DNA of 60,288 nt from Caulobacteraceae bacterium (GTDB lineage Bacteria; Pseudomonadota; Alphaproteobacteria; Caulobacterales; Caulobacteraceae), in NCBI GenBank assembly GCA_036489325.1, contig DASXGB010000054.1, positions 1 to 60,288 of the forward strand, written 5' to 3'. Positions 10,794-22,469 of the stretch are shown here, one piece after another. Every line of letters starts with the position of its first letter. Positions within the stretch are counted from its first letter, which is position 1. Position numbers and translations under genes: made by a program. The notes below the pieces were generated by a model. The model was not told where the DNA came from, made no database searches, and saw nothing but the letters and a program-made list of their open reading frames with translations.

Positions 10794-12740
10794 ATGACAG
10801 GCTCACTCCGATCCTCGGCCCGCAACCCGATTGCTGTTGCGATCATGGGCGCCCTCATTCTTGTGTTCCTGGTCCTCGGCGTCGGCGGCGGCCGCTTTCC
10901 CGACGCCTTCAGATCCGTGAACGCTGACGCTGTGGTCAGCGTTGGCGGCCATTCAATGAGTTCGCACGATTTTGAGAAAATCTGGGACCAGCAGAAACAG
11001 AAATTTCAACAACAGAGCGGCCAGGACCTTACCAATCAGTTCCTGGTGGAAAATGGAGTCGACGAGGAAATCCTCGACCAGACTGCCCGCGAACAGGCGG
11101 CGATGGAGATGGTCGAGCGCTCGGGCATCGTTCCTGGGCCGGACTTGGTGGATGACGAGATCAAGAAGCTGCCCTGGGCGTTCGACAAGGTCACCGGCCA
11201 ATTCAGTCAGCAGCAATTTGTTCAGGTGCTCGCCTCACAAGGCATGACGCCGCGACAGGCCCAAGCCGAAATCACCGATGAACTGGCGATGCGGCATTTC
11301 GGGCTGGCGGCGGCGGGCGGCGCTCAGGCGCCGTTTCTCTACGCTGCTCTGACCGGCGCCCAAGGGGCTGAAGCCCGCGACGTTTCCTATTTCATGATGG
11401 GGCTGAACGCCGTAGCGAAGCCGGCTCCGCCCACCGACGCGCAGCTCACCACCTTCATGAAGGCGCATGCCACCCAGTTGATGCAGCCAGAGACGCGCAT
11501 CATCACGCTCGTAAAATTTTCGGCCACGACCCTCGCCCCGACGATCAAGATCGACCCAGCCCAGGTCGCCAAAGAGTTCGCTTTCCGAAAAGACTCCCTG
11601 TCCCAGCCGGAGAAGCGAACGGTCGTCGTCATTCCAGTCAAGACGGCTGCGGATGGCGCTTCGGCGGCACGTCGTCTCAGCGCTGGCGAAGATCCGTCCA
11701 CGGTTGCCAAGGCGTTGGGAGTTGAACCCGTCACTTATGCAGACAAGCCGCAGTCGGCCATCGCCGACCGCAAGCTAGGCCAGGCCGCATTTGCGCTCAA
11801 ATCGGGCGCCGCTAACGGTCCCGTCGCGGGAGATCTGGGGGTGGCTGCGATCAAAGTGATCAATGTCACTCCGGGGGTGACCTCGACGCTTGCGAGCGCG
11901 ACCCCGCAGATCGAGGCCGACCTTCGCCAGAAACAGGCGGCCGACCTCGCCTACCAGCAGAGCGAGAAGTTCGACGAATCGCGCCAGGCCGGGGCCAGCG
12001 ACGCCGACGCAGCGAAGAAGGCGGGCGTCGCCGCCATGACGCTCGGGCCGGTGACCGCTCAAGGCGCCGACTCAGAGGGCAAGCCCAACCCTCTACTCAA
12101 CGACAAGATTCTGAAGGCCGCGTTTGCAGCACCCGCCGGCCAGGAGGGTGACCTCGAAGACGCCGGCTCGGGCGAGTATTTCGCCCTCAAGGTCGAAAAG
12201 GTTCTTCCGCCGGCCCTGCCGTCGCTGGCCGACAAGCGCGAGCAGCTCACCCGGGTTTACATGTCGACGACCTACGTCAATGAACTGAAAGCCAAAGCCG
12301 TCGAACTGATGGGGCTTGCCAAGAAGACGGGAAGCCTTGGTCAGGCCGCTGCGCAAGTGGGCGCCCAAATCCAGGTCGAGAAGGACATGACCCGGCTCAA
12401 AGCGCAGCAGTACCAGGCTTATGGCCGCGAATTCCTGGAAAACGTGTTTGGCGCAAAGCCGGGCGCGGTGTTTGCCGCCGGCGGCCAAAAAGGCGTCTTC
12501 ATCGCCAAGGTCGATCAGGTGCGGCCTGGAGATCCGCAACAGACCGCGCAGCTCACGGCCGCCATTCGCGCGCGCGCCTCGCAGGGTTATGCAGAGGATC
12601 TGCTGAACGCCTTTGAAACTGCGTCCCTCGCCAAGCTCAAGGCAACGAAGAACTTGGCTCTTGCGCGGCAGGCAATCGGAGTGGACTCAAGCACGTTGCC
12701 CAAGGACGGCGCAAAACCTGGCTCCGCACCCGCCAAGTGA
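10794..12740 (+). CDS. ppiD: PpiD/SurA-N-domain membrane-anchored periplasmic chaperone
   Basis: N-terminal membrane anchor, SurA-like N domain and degenerate rotamase region; conserved position between tpiA and trpE; GTGA overlap with trpE. Confidence 0.8.
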   Translation: MTGSLRSSARNPIAVAIMGALILVFLVLGVGGGRFPDAFRSVNADAVVSVGGHSMSSHDFEKIWDQQKQKFQQQSGQDLTNQFLVENGVDEEILDQTAREQAAMEMVERSGIVPGPDLVDDEIKKLPWAFDKVTGQFSQQQFVQVLASQGMTPRQAQAEITDELAMRHFGLAAAGGAQAPFLYAALTGAQGAEARDVSYFMMGLNAVAKPAPPTDAQLTTFMKAHATQLMQPETRIITLVKFSATTLAPTIKIDPAQVAKEFAFRKDSLSQPEKRTVVVIPVKTAADGASAARRLSAGEDPSTVAKALGVEPVTYADKPQSAIADRKLGQAAFALKSGAANGPVAGDLGVAAIKVINVTPGVTSTLASATPQIEADLRQKQAADLAYQQSEKFDESRQAGASDADAAKKAGVAAMTLGPVTAQGADSEGKPNPLLNDKILKAAFAAPAGQEGDLEDAGSGEYFALKVEKVLPPALPSLADKREQLTRVYMSTTYVNELKAKAVELMGLAKKTGSLGQAAAQVGAQIQVEKDMTRLKAQQYQAYGREFLENVFGAKPGAVFAAGGQKGVFIAKVDQVRPGDPQQTAQLTAAIRARASQGYAEDLLNAFETASLAKLKATKNLALARQAIGVDSSTLPKDGAKPGSAPAK

Positions 12741-14272
12741 GCATCGAGCCGGGACTTCAGGCTTTCGCGCGTGGTTATGACTCCGGCGTGGCGCAACTGG
12801 TCTGGACGCGGCTGATCGATGATCTCGAGACGCCGGTCTCCGCCTACCTGAAGATCGCTCACGGCAAGAACTACGCGTTCCTGTTCGAGTCAGTTGAAGG
12901 TGGCGCGTGGCGGGGCCGCTATTCAATCGTGGCCATGAATCCGGACCTGGTCTGGCGCTGCCGCGGCGACCAGGCCGAGATCGCTGTCGGCGATGACATC
13001 GACCGAGGCCGCTTTGTTCTCCAGGAAGGCGGGACGCTCGACTCGCTGCGAGACGCGGCGGCGGCCGCTCGCATTGACCTGCCGGACGGCTTGCCGCCGA
13101 TGGCGACCGGATTGTTCGGCGTTTTTGGCTACGACGTGGTGCGCCTGATCGAGCGGCTCCCCGACGTCAATCCTGATCCTCTGGACCTTCCGGATGCGAT
13201 CCTGATCCGCCCCACGATCGTGGCGATATTCGACGGTGTCGCCCAGGAGATCCTCATCGTCTCCTCGATACGGCCCGACGAACGTCCAGCCGCGGTGGCG
13301 TTCCAGGAGGCCCAGGATCGGATCGGGGTGGTCGTCACCGATCTGTCGAGATCCCTGCCCGCGCAGTCGAAGAGGGCGGAGACCGAAGCGCCGCCCAATT
13401 TGTCCTCGGTCGTCGACCGCACCGCCTACGGCAAGATCGTCGAACGCGCCAAGGCTTACATCCGCGCCGGCGACGTCTTCCAGGTAGTCCCCAGTCACCG
13501 ATTTTCGGCTCCCTTCGCCCTGGACCCGTTTGCGCTCTACCGATCGGTCAGGCGGGTGAACCCCAGTCCGTTCCTTTACTTCCTGAACTTCAACGGCTTT
13601 CAACTGGTCGGGTCGTCGCCGGAGATTCTCGTGCGGCTTCGAGACGGCAAGATCACCATCCGCCCCCTCGCCGGGACACGTCGTCGCGGCGCCAATCCGG
13701 CTGAGGATCAGGCTCTTGAGCAGGAGCTGCTGGCCGACCCCAAGGAGCGAGCTGAACACCTGATGCTGCTCGACCTTGGCCGCAACGATGTGGGCCGGGT
13801 CGCGCTTTTGCGTGAACCGGGGCGGAATGAGGATCGGCCGGCGGCAAGAAAACCGCGCGTGCGCGTCACGGAAAGCTTCGCCATCGAGCGATTGAGCCAC
13901 GTGATGCACATTGTTTCCAACGTCGAGGGCGATGCGCCTGAGGGTCTCGATCCGGTCGATGTCCTGCTCGCCGCCTTGCCGGCCGGCACCCTGTCGGGCG
14001 CCCCAAAGGTCCGGGCCATGGAGATCATCGACGAACTCGAAGACGAGAAACGGGGCGTGGCCTATGCCGGCGCGGTTGGATATTTCGGCGCCGACGGCTC
14101 GGTGGATACCTGCATCGTGCTGCGCACTGGTCTCGTGAAGGACGGCGTTCTTTACGTGCAGGCCGGCGGCGGCGTGGTCGCCGACAGTGATCCGAACGCC
14201 GAGTACGAGGAAACCCTGCAGAAGGCCGGCGCCCTTCGCCGGGCTGCTGCCGAGGCTTGGCAGTTCGCCTGA
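12737..14272 (+). CDS. trpE: Anthranilate synthase component I
   Basis: LFESVEGG, GDVFQVV, NPSPF, KERAEHLMLLDLGRND and PAGTLSGAPKVRAMEII motifs. Confidence 0.97.
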   Translation: MSIEPGLQAFARGYDSGVAQLVWTRLIDDLETPVSAYLKIAHGKNYAFLFESVEGGAWRGRYSIVAMNPDLVWRCRGDQAEIAVGDDIDRGRFVLQEGGTLDSLRDAAAAARIDLPDGLPPMATGLFGVFGYDVVRLIERLPDVNPDPLDLPDAILIRPTIVAIFDGVAQEILIVSSIRPDERPAAVAFQEAQDRIGVVVTDLSRSLPAQSKRAETEAPPNLSSVVDRTAYGKIVERAKAYIRAGDVFQVVPSHRFSAPFALDPFALYRSVRRVNPSPFLYFLNFNGFQLVGSSPEILVRLRDGKITIRPLAGTRRRGANPAEDQALEQELLADPKERAEHLMLLDLGRNDVGRVALLREPGRNEDRPAARKPRVRVTESFAIERLSHVMHIVSNVEGDAPEGLDPVDVLLAALPAGTLSGAPKVRAMEIIDELEDEKRGVAYAGAVGYFGADGSVDTCIVLRTGLVKDGVLYVQAGGGVVADSDPNAEYEETLQKAGALRRAAAEAWQFA

Positions 14273-14311
14273 GCGCTTGGCGGGCGCCGGGCTGAGCCTT
14301 AAGAGGCCGCC

Positions 14312-14890
14312 ATGATCCTGGTGATCGATAACTACGATAGCTTCACCTACAACCTCGTTCACTACATGAGCGAGTTGGGGGCCGACGTGACCGTCCGCCG
14401 AAACGATGCGCTCACGGCCGAGGCCGCTCTAGCGCTTCGGCCGCAGGGCGTCGTGCTTTCGCCAGGGCCCTGCACTCCAAACGAAGCCGGGATCTGCCTC
14501 GAGGTCATCAGCCTGGCGCCCGACGACCTGCCGATCCTGGGAGTGTGTCTTGGGCATCAGGCGATCGGCCAGGCCTTCGGCGGCAAAGTGCAGGCGGCCA
14601 AGTCGATCATGCATGGCAAGACCAGTCCGATCCGTCACTCTGGCAAGGCGGTCTTCGCGGGTTTGCCTGACGGCTTCACCGCAACGCGCTATCACAGCCT
14701 CTCGATTGCCGAAGACTCAGTCCCGGATGTTCTTGAGATCACCGCCTGGTGCGACGACGGGGAGGTCATGGGCTTTTCCCATCGACAGCGCCCGGTCCAT
14801 GGCGTCCAGTTCCACCCGGAATCAATCGCCACCGAGGGTGGCCATCGTCTGCTCGCCAACTTCCTCGAGCAAACCTCAGTCGCCGCGTAA
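14312..14890 (+). CDS. trpG: Anthranilate synthase component II (glutamine amidotransferase)
   Basis: IDNYDSFTYNL, LSPGP, GVCLGHQ and QFHPES motifs. Confidence 0.95.
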   Translation: MILVIDNYDSFTYNLVHYMSELGADVTVRRNDALTAEAALALRPQGVVLSPGPCTPNEAGICLEVISLAPDDLPILGVCLGHQAIGQAFGGKVQAAKSIMHGKTSPIRHSGKAVFAGLPDGFTATRYHSLSIAEDSVPDVLEITAWCDDGEVMGFSHRQRPVHGVQFHPESIATEGGHRLLANFLEQTSVAA

Positions 14891-14902
14891 GGGAGGGCCC
14901 GC

Positions 14903-15922
14903 TTGTCCGAGTCGTTCAAGCCTCTGCTCGCACGCCTCGCCGATGGGGCGACCTTACAGGGTGAGGATGCGGATGCCTTCTTCTCGGCCTGCCTGAGGGG
15001 AGAACCGACCCCCGCCCAGATCGCCGCCGCGGTGACGGCCATGCGCCTGCGCGGAGAGACCGTGGGTGAGATCACCGCCTGCGCTAAGGCGCTTCGCCGT
15101 GCCGCCATGAAGCTCGACCACGAATTCGACGTCGTCGATGTCTGCGGCACCGGCGGAGACGGCGCCCACACCCTGAACATTTCAACAGCTGCGGGTTTCG
15201 TCGCGGCGGGCGGCGGCTTGAAAATCGCCAAGCATGGCAACCGCGCGGCCTCGTCACGATCGGGTTCGTCCGATGTGCTCGAAGCGCTCGGGGTCAACCT
15301 CAATGTAACGCCGGAACAGCAGCGCCAATCGCTCGATGAAGCGGGAATCTGCATCCTCTACGCGCCGGCTCACCACGGCGCCCTGCGGCATGTGCTGCCA
15401 ATCCGTCAGGAACTTGGCTTTCGAACGGTGTTCAACCTTCTGGGCCCTCTCTCAAATCCGGCCGGCGCGCGGCGACAGCTTCTGGGAGTCTTCGACGGCC
15501 GTTGGGTCGATCCGCTCGCCCGGGTGCTCGGCGCGCTGGGGGCGACCCGGGCTTGGGTCGTCCATGGCGATGGCCTTGACGAGATCACCACCACGGGCGT
15601 GACGCACGTCGCCGAATGGCGGGAAGGCGGCGTCCGCCTCTTCAACATTACCCCAGAGGCCGTTGGCCTTGCGCGCGCCGCCCAGGCGGACCTCCGCGGT
15701 GGCGATCCCGCCGAGAACGCCACCGAAATTCGCGCTCTGCTCGCTGGAGCCCACGGCCCCTATCGCGACATCGTCCTGATGAACGCAGCCGCCGCCTTCC
15801 TTGTCGCGGACAAGGTTGAAACCCTCAGGGAAGGCGTTGAATTGGCCATGCAGTCGATCGATTCCGGGGCCGCGGCGAGCGCACTCGAAAAGCTCGTCGC
15901 CATCACGACAAACAAAGGATGA
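14903..15922 (+). CDS. trpD: Anthranilate phosphoribosyltransferase
   Basis: [19 protein letters not shown] and [10 protein letters not shown] motifs; SD GGGAGG before the TTG start. Confidence 0.97.
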   Translation: MSESFKPLLARLADGATLQGEDADAFFSACLRGEPTPAQIAAAVTAMRLRGETVGEITACAKALRRAAMKLDHEFDVVDVCGTGGDGAHTLNISTAAGFVAAGGGLKIAKHGNRAASSRSGSSDVLEALGVNLNVTPEQQRQSLDEAGICILYAPAHHGALRHVLPIRQELGFRTVFNLLGPLSNPAGARRQLLGVFDGRWVDPLARVLGALGATRAWVVHGDGLDEITTTGVTHVAEWREGGVRLFNITPEAVGLARAAQADLRGGDPAENATEIRALLAGAHGPYRDIVLMNAAAAFLVADKVETLREGVELAMQSIDSGAAASALEKLVAITTNKG

Positions 15923-16716
15923 GCGATATCCTCGAGGGAATCGCTACCTACAAGCGAGACGAGGTGACGGCGAGGAAGAGGCAGGAATCTCTAGCCAACA
16001 TCGAGTTGCGCGCGCAGCGGCAGTCGGCGCCGCGCGGATTTCGCCGCGCCTTGGAGCGCGCACATGCACCCGGTCGGCTAGCGCTCATCGCCGAGATCAA
16101 ACGGGCTTCACCCTCCAGGGGCGTCATCCGGGCCGTTTTCCATCCCGCAAATCTTGCCAGGGCCTACGAGCGAGGCGGCGCCACGTGTCTGTCGGTATTG
16201 ACCGACGGACCCAGTTTTCAAGGCGACGATGCGCATTTGCACGAAGCCCGGGAGGCCAGCTCCCTGCCCTGCCTGCGCAAAGAGTTTCTGGTCGATCCCT
16301 GGCAAGTGGCCGAATCCCGAGCCTTGGGAGCCGACGCAATCCTGGTGATTCTCGCGCTTGCCCCTGATTCGCTGGCCTCCGATCTCATCTCCGAGGCCAG
16401 ACGCTTCAAAATGGATGTGCTTGTCGAAGCGCATGACCGGGCCGAAGTGCGCCGTGCCGTCGGGCTGAATGCCGACCTGATTGGCGTCAATAACCGTGAT
16501 CTGCGGACCTTTGTCACAGACCTCACCGCAACGGAGGAATTGTCTGAGGAAGTTCCGTCAAGTGCATTGCTGGTAACAGAAAGTGGGATCTTCTCGCAGG
16601 CAGACGTCATCCGTCTGGAGTGCGCCGGCGCCAAAGCCATGCTGGTGGGCGAGAGCCTGATGCGAGCGACCGATGTGGAAGCGGCGACCAGAGCCCTGCT
16701 TACCGGACAGGGTTAG
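15919..16716 (+). CDS. trpC: Indole-3-glycerol phosphate synthase
   Basis: [25 protein letters not shown] and ESGI motifs. Confidence 0.97.
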   Translation: MSDILEGIATYKRDEVTARKRQESLANIELRAQRQSAPRGFRRALERAHAPGRLALIAEIKRASPSRGVIRAVFHPANLARAYERGGATCLSVLTDGPSFQGDDAHLHEAREASSLPCLRKEFLVDPWQVAESRALGADAILVILALAPDSLASDLISEARRFKMDVLVEAHDRAEVRRAVGLNADLIGVNNRDLRTFVTDLTATEELSEEVPSSALLVTESGIFSQADVIRLECAGAKAMLVGESLMRATDVEAATRALLTGQG

Positions 16717-16722
16717 TTGAAC

Positions 16723-16777
16723 TTGACAGGTCGAAAGAACACTCCGAGAACACCGCCAATTCGTTTTTGATTTGTTC
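16723..16777 (+). promoter_or_regulatory. lexA promoter with alphaproteobacterial SOS box(es)
   Basis: TTGACA at 16723-16728; perfect GAAC-N7-GAAC at 16737-16751 over the spacer/-10 region; degenerate GTTT-N7-GTTC at 16763-16777. Confidence 0.85.
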
Positions 16778-16798
16778 CTTGTTTCCAAGGTGGCGGCG

Positions 16799-17485
16799 AT
16801 GCTCACACGCAAGCAGCACGAATTGCTCATGTTCATCCATGAGCGCATCAAAGAAACAGGGGTTTCGCCTTCATTCGACGAGATGAAGGACGCGCTCGAT
16901 CTCGCTTCAAAATCCGGTATTCACCGTTTGATCACCGCTCTTGAGGAGCGTGGATTCCTGAGGCGCCTTGCTCATCGGGCTCGAGCGCTGGAGGTGCTCA
17001 AGCTTCCGGAACAAGCGACCACCACCGCTCCGCCCCGGGGGCGCGGGGTCTTTCAACCCAAGGTCGTGGAGGCGAGCCGAGGGATCGGTGCAGCCAATGA
17101 CATTCGGGAGTTGCCAGTCCTTGGCCGAATCGCAGCCGGCACGCCGATCGACGCCATTCAGGACGAAAAAGACCGCCTGCAAGTCCCGGAAGCCATTCTG
17201 GGCGCGGGCGAACACTTCGTCCTGGAAGTGCAAGGAGACTCGATGACCGACGCCGGGATTTTCGACGGGGATTACGTGGTCATCCGCCGAAGCGATACCG
17301 CAACCTCGGGAGAGATCGTCGTGGCGCTCGTTCGCGGGGAGATTGCGACTTTGAAGCGCCTGCGCCGCAAGGGTGGGTCGATCGCCCTGGAACCCGCCAG
17401 TCGATTTCACTCGACCCAGATCTACGGCGACAACGAGGTCGAAGTGCAAGGCAAGCTCGTCGGCCTCATTCGGCGCTATCACTGA
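16799..17485 (+). CDS. lexA: SOS repressor LexA
   Basis: MLTRKQ...[22 protein letters not shown] winged helix; IAAG cleavage site; GDSM Ser and ATLKR Lys dyad; ATG at 16799. Confidence 0.98.
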   Translation: MLTRKQHELLMFIHERIKETGVSPSFDEMKDALDLASKSGIHRLITALEERGFLRRLAHRARALEVLKLPEQATTTAPPRGRGVFQPKVVEASRGIGAANDIRELPVLGRIAAGTPIDAIQDEKDRLQVPEAILGAGEHFVLEVQGDSMTDAGIFDGDYVVIRRSDTATSGEIVVALVRGEIATLKRLRRKGGSIALEPASRFHSTQIYGDNEVEVQGKLVGLIRRYH

Positions 17486-19718
17486 CGCTCCAGGGTCGCT
17501 CTCCTCTGAGCGGCTGTGACCAAACGATCCGCCAGCCTGAACCAGTTGGGTAGATCTCGGCCGCCCCTTCCCGATCGAAGGCAGATCGACCCAGGATTCG
17601 CACGTCACGGCAAGCCGACGGCAAAGACGTCGCCGCGCGAAGGATCAGGAAATCGGCGCCCTCACACAGCCTTGCCAGGCGTTCAGGCTTCGGCACGCGC
17701 TTTGTCCACCACGCCGCGATCGCAGGTTTCAGCCCGGCTCTGGGCACACAGGCCGATCGGTCACAATCATAGAGACTCGCTAGAGCGGTCTCTGGGTCGG
17801 CTGGGAGACTGAGGTTGCGCCGCTGCGCCCACGTCTGCACCGCGTAGAGATGTGTTGACGGTTTCAATGCCACGGCCCCACCGCCGATGACGATCGCGGC
17901 GTCCGAGCCATCGTTGGAAATCCAGGCAGCGGGCGGGGCCGGCCTTGGCCAGAGGGCCACGGCGAAAGCCATCGGCAATCCGATCCAACGCAGGACGCCG
18001 CGCCACAAACACGCGAATACGATCCCGGCATAGGAGACCGCTAGCGCCAATGGCGGGGCGGACGCCATGGTGACGGCCGCTCCCGGAGCGCCAGAGAACA
18101 GATGGCCGATTGAAATCACGCTGCGGGCGGCCCAACCCGCCGCCCAGTAGAGCGGTCCGATCTGCTCTGCGCCCAGACCCAGCGATTGAGCGGCTAAGCA
18201 CAGGGCCAGCAGAGGCATCAGGATCGCACTGGCGATGAAGTCGGCCGTGAGGTTCGCGACGACGCCATAGTTGGCCACGCGATTGAAGTGCTGAATGGCG
18301 AACGGTCCCGTCGCGGCGCCGGCGACCAGACTGACCATGATCATGGCGATCAGCCAGTCCCTCCCCTTCTGCAACATGGCAATCGGCCACGGAAGGTCCA
18401 CCGCGACTTGCCGGTGGGGCCAGACTTCCGACATGGCGATCAATGAGGCGGTCGCGCAAAAGCTCATCTCAAAGCCAGGTTGAAGGACCGCCTCTGGCTC
18501 GATGAGCAGGACGGCGAGGGCCGCCACCGCCAGAGAGTGCAGGCTAACGGCGCGCCGGTCAGCGAGAATGGCGACAAAGGCCACGCTGGCGGTGATTGCG
18601 GCGCGTCTGGCCGGCGGGTGAGCGCCCGAGAGAAGCAAATAGGCGATGACGACCACCAGAGCGGCGACGGCGGCCACCTTCTTGCCCGAGACCCGCAGCG
18701 CCAGCCACGGCCAGGCGGCGATCAACAGACGGAAAAAGAAGAACGCGAAGCCGCTGACCGCTGCGGTATGCAGGCCCGCGATGGCCAACATGTGGGCCAG
18801 CCCGGAACCACGGAGTGCGTCGCGATCGCCTCCGGCCAGCCAGTCCTGGTGACTGGTGGTAACCGCCGCGGCGAGCCCAGCGGCGCCGCCGTCGTGTGGG
18901 CCGAGCGTCTGCCGGATGGCGTGCGCCAGGTGAGCCGCCACAGTCCAGCGGACCGAATTCATCGCCATCTCGATGCGCAACATCAATGGTGGCGAGCTCA
19001 AATTGATGGCGTCAACGGGCTTGAGAGCCAGACCCACGCCGCCGACGCCCTCAAACCAGGCGTCACGGGCGAAGTCATAAGCGCCTGGCGCGGCCGGGCC
19101 TGGCGGCGGATCCAGGAGAGCCAGCATACGGATCATCGAGCCTGGCGGTGGTGTCGTATCCGGACCGCCTGGAACTGGCGTAACGATACGCACTCTCACC
19201 GGCGTCCGCTCCGGCGTGAGGCCACTGATCGAGACCGGCGCGATCAGCAGCCTCGGACCCCTCTCGCTTGGCGATTCAATGTCGACCACGAAGCCTTCGA
19301 TCACTCGAACGCCCGTCGGCGCGATGGGCGCGGCGACAGCGTTGCTGTGAAGCTTTGCGATAAGAAATCCGATGCAGGCTGTCGCCACGAGGCCGGAAAC
19401 CGCGAGCGTCCATCGACTGGTGGAAAATCGTCGGGCCGCCATCGCGGCCGCACAGGTGGAAAGCGCCAACGCCAAGGCGATGACAATCGTGGGCTCCGCC
19501 TTGAGGCCCAGGTAGGCTGCCGCCCCGACGCCAAAGGCGACCGGCGTCCACAGGAGAACACGCTCCCACTGGTCTGCCACCTCCTGGGTGAGCCGTCGCC
19601 AGATCTCCGCGAGGCTAGGAACGCGCAGACGCGGCATGATATGAGCCCAGCGCCAGGGCCAGCCCCGGCTTTCCGGCGCGGCTGCGTCGGCCGCCTCAAT
19701 CGGATCCGTGATGTCCAA
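17466..19718 (-). CDS. comEC: ComEC/Rec2 competence membrane protein (start uncertain: TTG 19718 or ATG 19637)
   Basis: [25 protein letters not shown] and PGFEMSF motifs; many hydrophobic segments; conserved location between lexA and gltX. Confidence 0.88.
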   Translation of the reverse strand: MDITDPIEAADAAAPESRGWPWRWAHIMPRLRVPSLAEIWRRLTQEVADQWERVLLWTPVAFGVGAAAYLGLKAEPTIVIALALALSTCAAAMAARRFSTSRWTLAVSGLVATACIGFLIAKLHSNAVAAPIAPTGVRVIEGFVVDIESPSERGPRLLIAPVSISGLTPERTPVRVRIVTPVPGGPDTTPPPGSMIRMLALLDPPPGPAAPGAYDFARDAWFEGVGGVGLALKPVDAINLSSPPLMLRIEMAMNSVRWTVAAHLAHAIRQTLGPHDGGAAGLAAAVTTSHQDWLAGGDRDALRGSGLAHMLAIAGLHTAAVSGFAFFFFRLLIAAWPWLALRVSGKKVAAVAALVVVIAYLLLSGAHPPARRAAITASVAFVAILADRRAVSLHSLAVAALAVLLIEPEAVLQPGFEMSFCATASLIAMSEVWPHRQVAVDLPWPIAMLQKGRDWLIAMIMVSLVAGAATGPFAIQHFNRVANYGVVANLTADFIASAILMPLLALCLAAQSLGLGAEQIGPLYWAAGWAARSVISIGHLFSGAPGAAVTMASAPPLALAVSYAGIVFACLWRGVLRWIGLPMAFAVALWPRPAPPAAWISNDGSDAAIVIGGGAVALKPSTHLYAVQTWAQRRNLSLPADPETALASLYDCDRSACVPRAGLKPAIAAWWTKRVPKPERLARLCEGADFLILRAATSLPSACRDVRILGRSAFDREGAAEIYPTGSGWRIVWSQPLRGERPWSVSDSAE

Positions 19719-21129
19719 TACCTTGCCCGCTCAGCCGGTCGTTACCCGCATCGCCCCTTCACCCACAGGCGAGATGCACATAGGCAACGCTCGTTCGGCG
19801 CTTTTCAACTGGCTTTACGCCAAGCACACCGGCGGCCAGTTCCTCCTGCGTATCGAAGACACCGATCGTGAGCGGTCTACCGAGGCGGCGGTTCAAGTCA
19901 TCTTCGACAGCCTCAGTTGGCTGGGTCTGCATTGGGACGGCGAGCCGGTGTTCCAATTCGCTCGCGCGCCCCTGCATCGCGCGGCGGTCGATCGCCTGAT
20001 CCAAAGCGGCCATGCCTTCCGTTGTTTCATGAGCCCTGAGGAAGCCGAGGTCGCCAAGGAAACGGCCAGGTCCGAAGGACATGCCCTGCGCTCGCCTTGG
20101 CGCGATCGCGAACCGGGGGCAGCCCAGCATGATGCTCCTTTCGTTGTCCGTTTCCGCACGCCCGACGAAGGCGCGACAGTCGTGGAAGATATTGTCCGGG
20201 GAACCGTACGCTTCCCCAACAAGGATCTGGAGGATTTCATCCTCCTACGGACGGATGGCACGACAATCTACAACCTGGCGGTCACTGTCGATGATCATGA
20301 CATGGGCGTGACCCACGTCATCCGTGGACAGGAGCACTTGAGCAATGCCGGCCGCCAGATCCTGCTGTATCAGGCGATGGGTTGGCAGGTTCCCGCCTTC
20401 GCGCATCTGCCGCTGATACTCGGCAAGGACGGTGGAAAGCTCTCCAAGCGCCACGGCGCTCAGTCCGTCAGCGACTTCAAGCTGATGGGTTACCTCCCCG
20501 AGAGCGTGCGCAATTATCTGGCCAAACTTGGTTGGGGTCATGGCGACGACGAGCTGTTTACCGACGAACAGGCTATCGAGTGGTTCGAACTCGCGGATGT
20601 CGTCAAAGGCGACGCCCGTTTTGATTTCGACAAGCTCAACCACTTCAATCAACACTACATCCGACTGGCTGACGATGTTCGGCTAGCCGATCTGGTCGGC
20701 GGCTTTCTCGAAGAGAGGGGGGTCGCCCCGACAACCGACGCTCGTGATCGACTGTTGCTCGCGCTGCCGCTCGTCAAGGACGGCGCTAAGACCGTTCAGG
20801 AGCTTGCCGATCTCGTCGTCTTTGCCTTGCGCCCGCCACACTGGCGGCTCGACGACAAGACGCGAGGACTCCTTGATGCGGAGATGATCGGTCGCCTTGA
20901 TCGCCTCACCAACGCTCTTTCGGAGGAGCCTGATTGGTCGCGCGAGAGTCTGCTCGCACGATTGCGTCTATTCGCTGGTGCGGAGGGCGGCTTCGGATCC
21001 TTCGGGCCTGCTTTGCGCGGAATCCTGGCCGCCGGCGCGATCGCGCCTGACCTTGCCGGCGCCCTCGCGTCCCTTGGCAAAACCGAGGGCGTGGGCCGGA
21101 TCGTCGACGCCCTTTCGCAAGTGCGGTAA
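19711..21129 (+). CDS. gltX: Glutamate--tRNA ligase
   Basis: TRIAPSPTG, HIGN (HIGH), LRIEDTD and KLSKR (KMSKS) motifs. Confidence 0.97.
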   Translation: MSNTLPAQPVVTRIAPSPTGEMHIGNARSALFNWLYAKHTGGQFLLRIEDTDRERSTEAAVQVIFDSLSWLGLHWDGEPVFQFARAPLHRAAVDRLIQSGHAFRCFMSPEEAEVAKETARSEGHALRSPWRDREPGAAQHDAPFVVRFRTPDEGATVVEDIVRGTVRFPNKDLEDFILLRTDGTTIYNLAVTVDDHDMGVTHVIRGQEHLSNAGRQILLYQAMGWQVPAFAHLPLILGKDGGKLSKRHGAQSVSDFKLMGYLPESVRNYLAKLGWGHGDDELFTDEQAIEWFELADVVKGDARFDFDKLNHFNQHYIRLADDVRLADLVGGFLEERGVAPTTDARDRLLLALPLVKDGAKTVQELADLVVFALRPPHWRLDDKTRGLLDAEMIGRLDRLTNALSEEPDWSRESLLARLRLFAGAEGGFGSFGPALRGILAAGAIAPDLAGALASLGKTEGVGRIVDALSQVR

Positions 21130-21185
21130 GAGGTTATAAGGACCGCCGAACGCTAGTTTGAACTCCACCGGCAGGGATTGCCATC

Positions 21186-22469
21186 ATGCCTGACAAAGCG
21201 ACCCTTTCGCTTGGCGATAAGAGCGTCCAGCTTGCGGTCATCAAAGGCACCACAGGCCCTGACGTCGTCGATATCCGCAAGCTTTACGCCGACGCCGACG
21301 TCTTCACATTTGACCCCGGTTTCACGTCTACCGCGAGTTGCGAAAGCAAGATCACCTACATCGACGGCGATGCGGGCGTCCTGCTCCATCGCGGCTATCC
21401 GATCGAGCAGCTAGCCGAGAAATCGAGCTTTTTGGAGGTCTGCTATCTTTTGTTGAACGGCGAGCTTCCGACCGCGAGCGAGTTCACGGAGTTCGAGCAC
21501 AACATCACCTACCACACGATGCTTCACGCGCAGTTCGATCGCTTCTTCGGCGGCTTCCGCTCGGACGCGCATCCGATGGCGATCATGACTGGCGCGGTGG
21601 GCGCCCTGTCCGCTTTCTATCACGACAGCATCAACGTCGATGATCCCGAGCAGAGGAAGATCTCGGCCCACCGTTTGATCGCCAAGATGCCCACGATCGC
21701 CGCTCGCGCCTACAAATACTCTATTGGCCAACCGTTCGTGACGCCCAGGAACGACATCTCCTACGCCGAGAACTTCTTGCGCATGGCCTTTTCCGTGCCC
21801 GCCGAGGACTGGAAGCCTAATCCAGTGCTGACCCGCGCGATGGACAGGATCTTCATCCTCCATGCCGACCATGAGCAGAACGCCTCGACGTCGACAGTGA
21901 GGATCACTGGCTCTTCAGGCGCCAATCCCTTCGCCTGTATTGCGGCGGGCATCGCCTGTCTTTGGGGCCCGAGCCACGGTGGCGCCAACGAAGAGGCGTT
22001 GATGATGCTGCAAGACATCGGCACCGTCGACCGCATCCCGGAATACATTCAAGGCGTAAAGGATCGGAAATACCGGCTGATGGGGTTCGGCCACCGCGTC
22101 TACAAGAACTACGATCCCCGTGCGACCATGATGCAAAAAACTTGCCACGAAGTGCTTGATGAGATTGGCGACCCAGAGGATCCGCTGCTGAAGGTTGCGC
22201 TGGAACTCGAGAAGATCGCATTGCACGATCCTTATTTTGTCGACCGCAAACTGTTCCCAAACGTCGATTTCTATTCGGGCATTACGCTCAAGGCGATGGG
22301 CTTCCCGACGACCATGTTCACGGTGCTGTTCGCGATCGCTCGGACGGTCGGCTGGATCAGCCAGTGGAAAGAGATGTTCGAGGACCCGCAGCGCAAGATC
22401 GGACGGCCGCGGCAACTTTACACCGGCCCCCTCCGGCGGGACTACAAGCCGATCGACGCCCGCGTCTGA
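21186..22469 (+). CDS. gltA: Citrate synthase (type II)
   Basis: [23 protein letters not shown] and PNVDFYSG motifs. Confidence 0.99.
   Translation: MPDKATLSLGDKSVQLAVIKGTTGPDVVDIRKLYADADVFTFDPGFTSTASCESKITYIDGDAGVLLHRGYPIEQLAEKSSFLEVCYLLLNGELPTASEFTEFEHNITYHTMLHAQFDRFFGGFRSDAHPMAIMTGAVGALSAFYHDSINVDDPEQRKISAHRLIAKMPTIAARAYKYSIGQPFVTPRNDISYAENFLRMAFSVPAEDWKPNPVLTRAMDRIFILHADHEQNASTSTVRITGSSGANPFACIAAGIACLWGPSHGGANEEALMMLQDIGTVDRIPEYIQGVKDRKYRLMGFGHRVYKNYDPRATMMQKTCHEVLDEIGDPEDPLLKVALELEKIALHDPYFVDRKLFPNVDFYSGITLKAMGFPTTMFTVLFAIARTVGWISQWKEMFEDPQRKIGRPRQLYTGPLRRDYKPIDARV

Noticed and set aside
12923-14362. 479-aa antisense ORF over trpE (similar long ORFs at 18480-19871, 28474-29478, 45102-46121 and 58190-59194)
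   Set aside because: Shadow ORFs expected opposite genes in high-GC DNA; no recognisable motifs.
16716-16799. No moaC/moeA between trpC and lexA
   Set aside because: These genes are often located elsewhere; absence from this locus says nothing without the whole genome.
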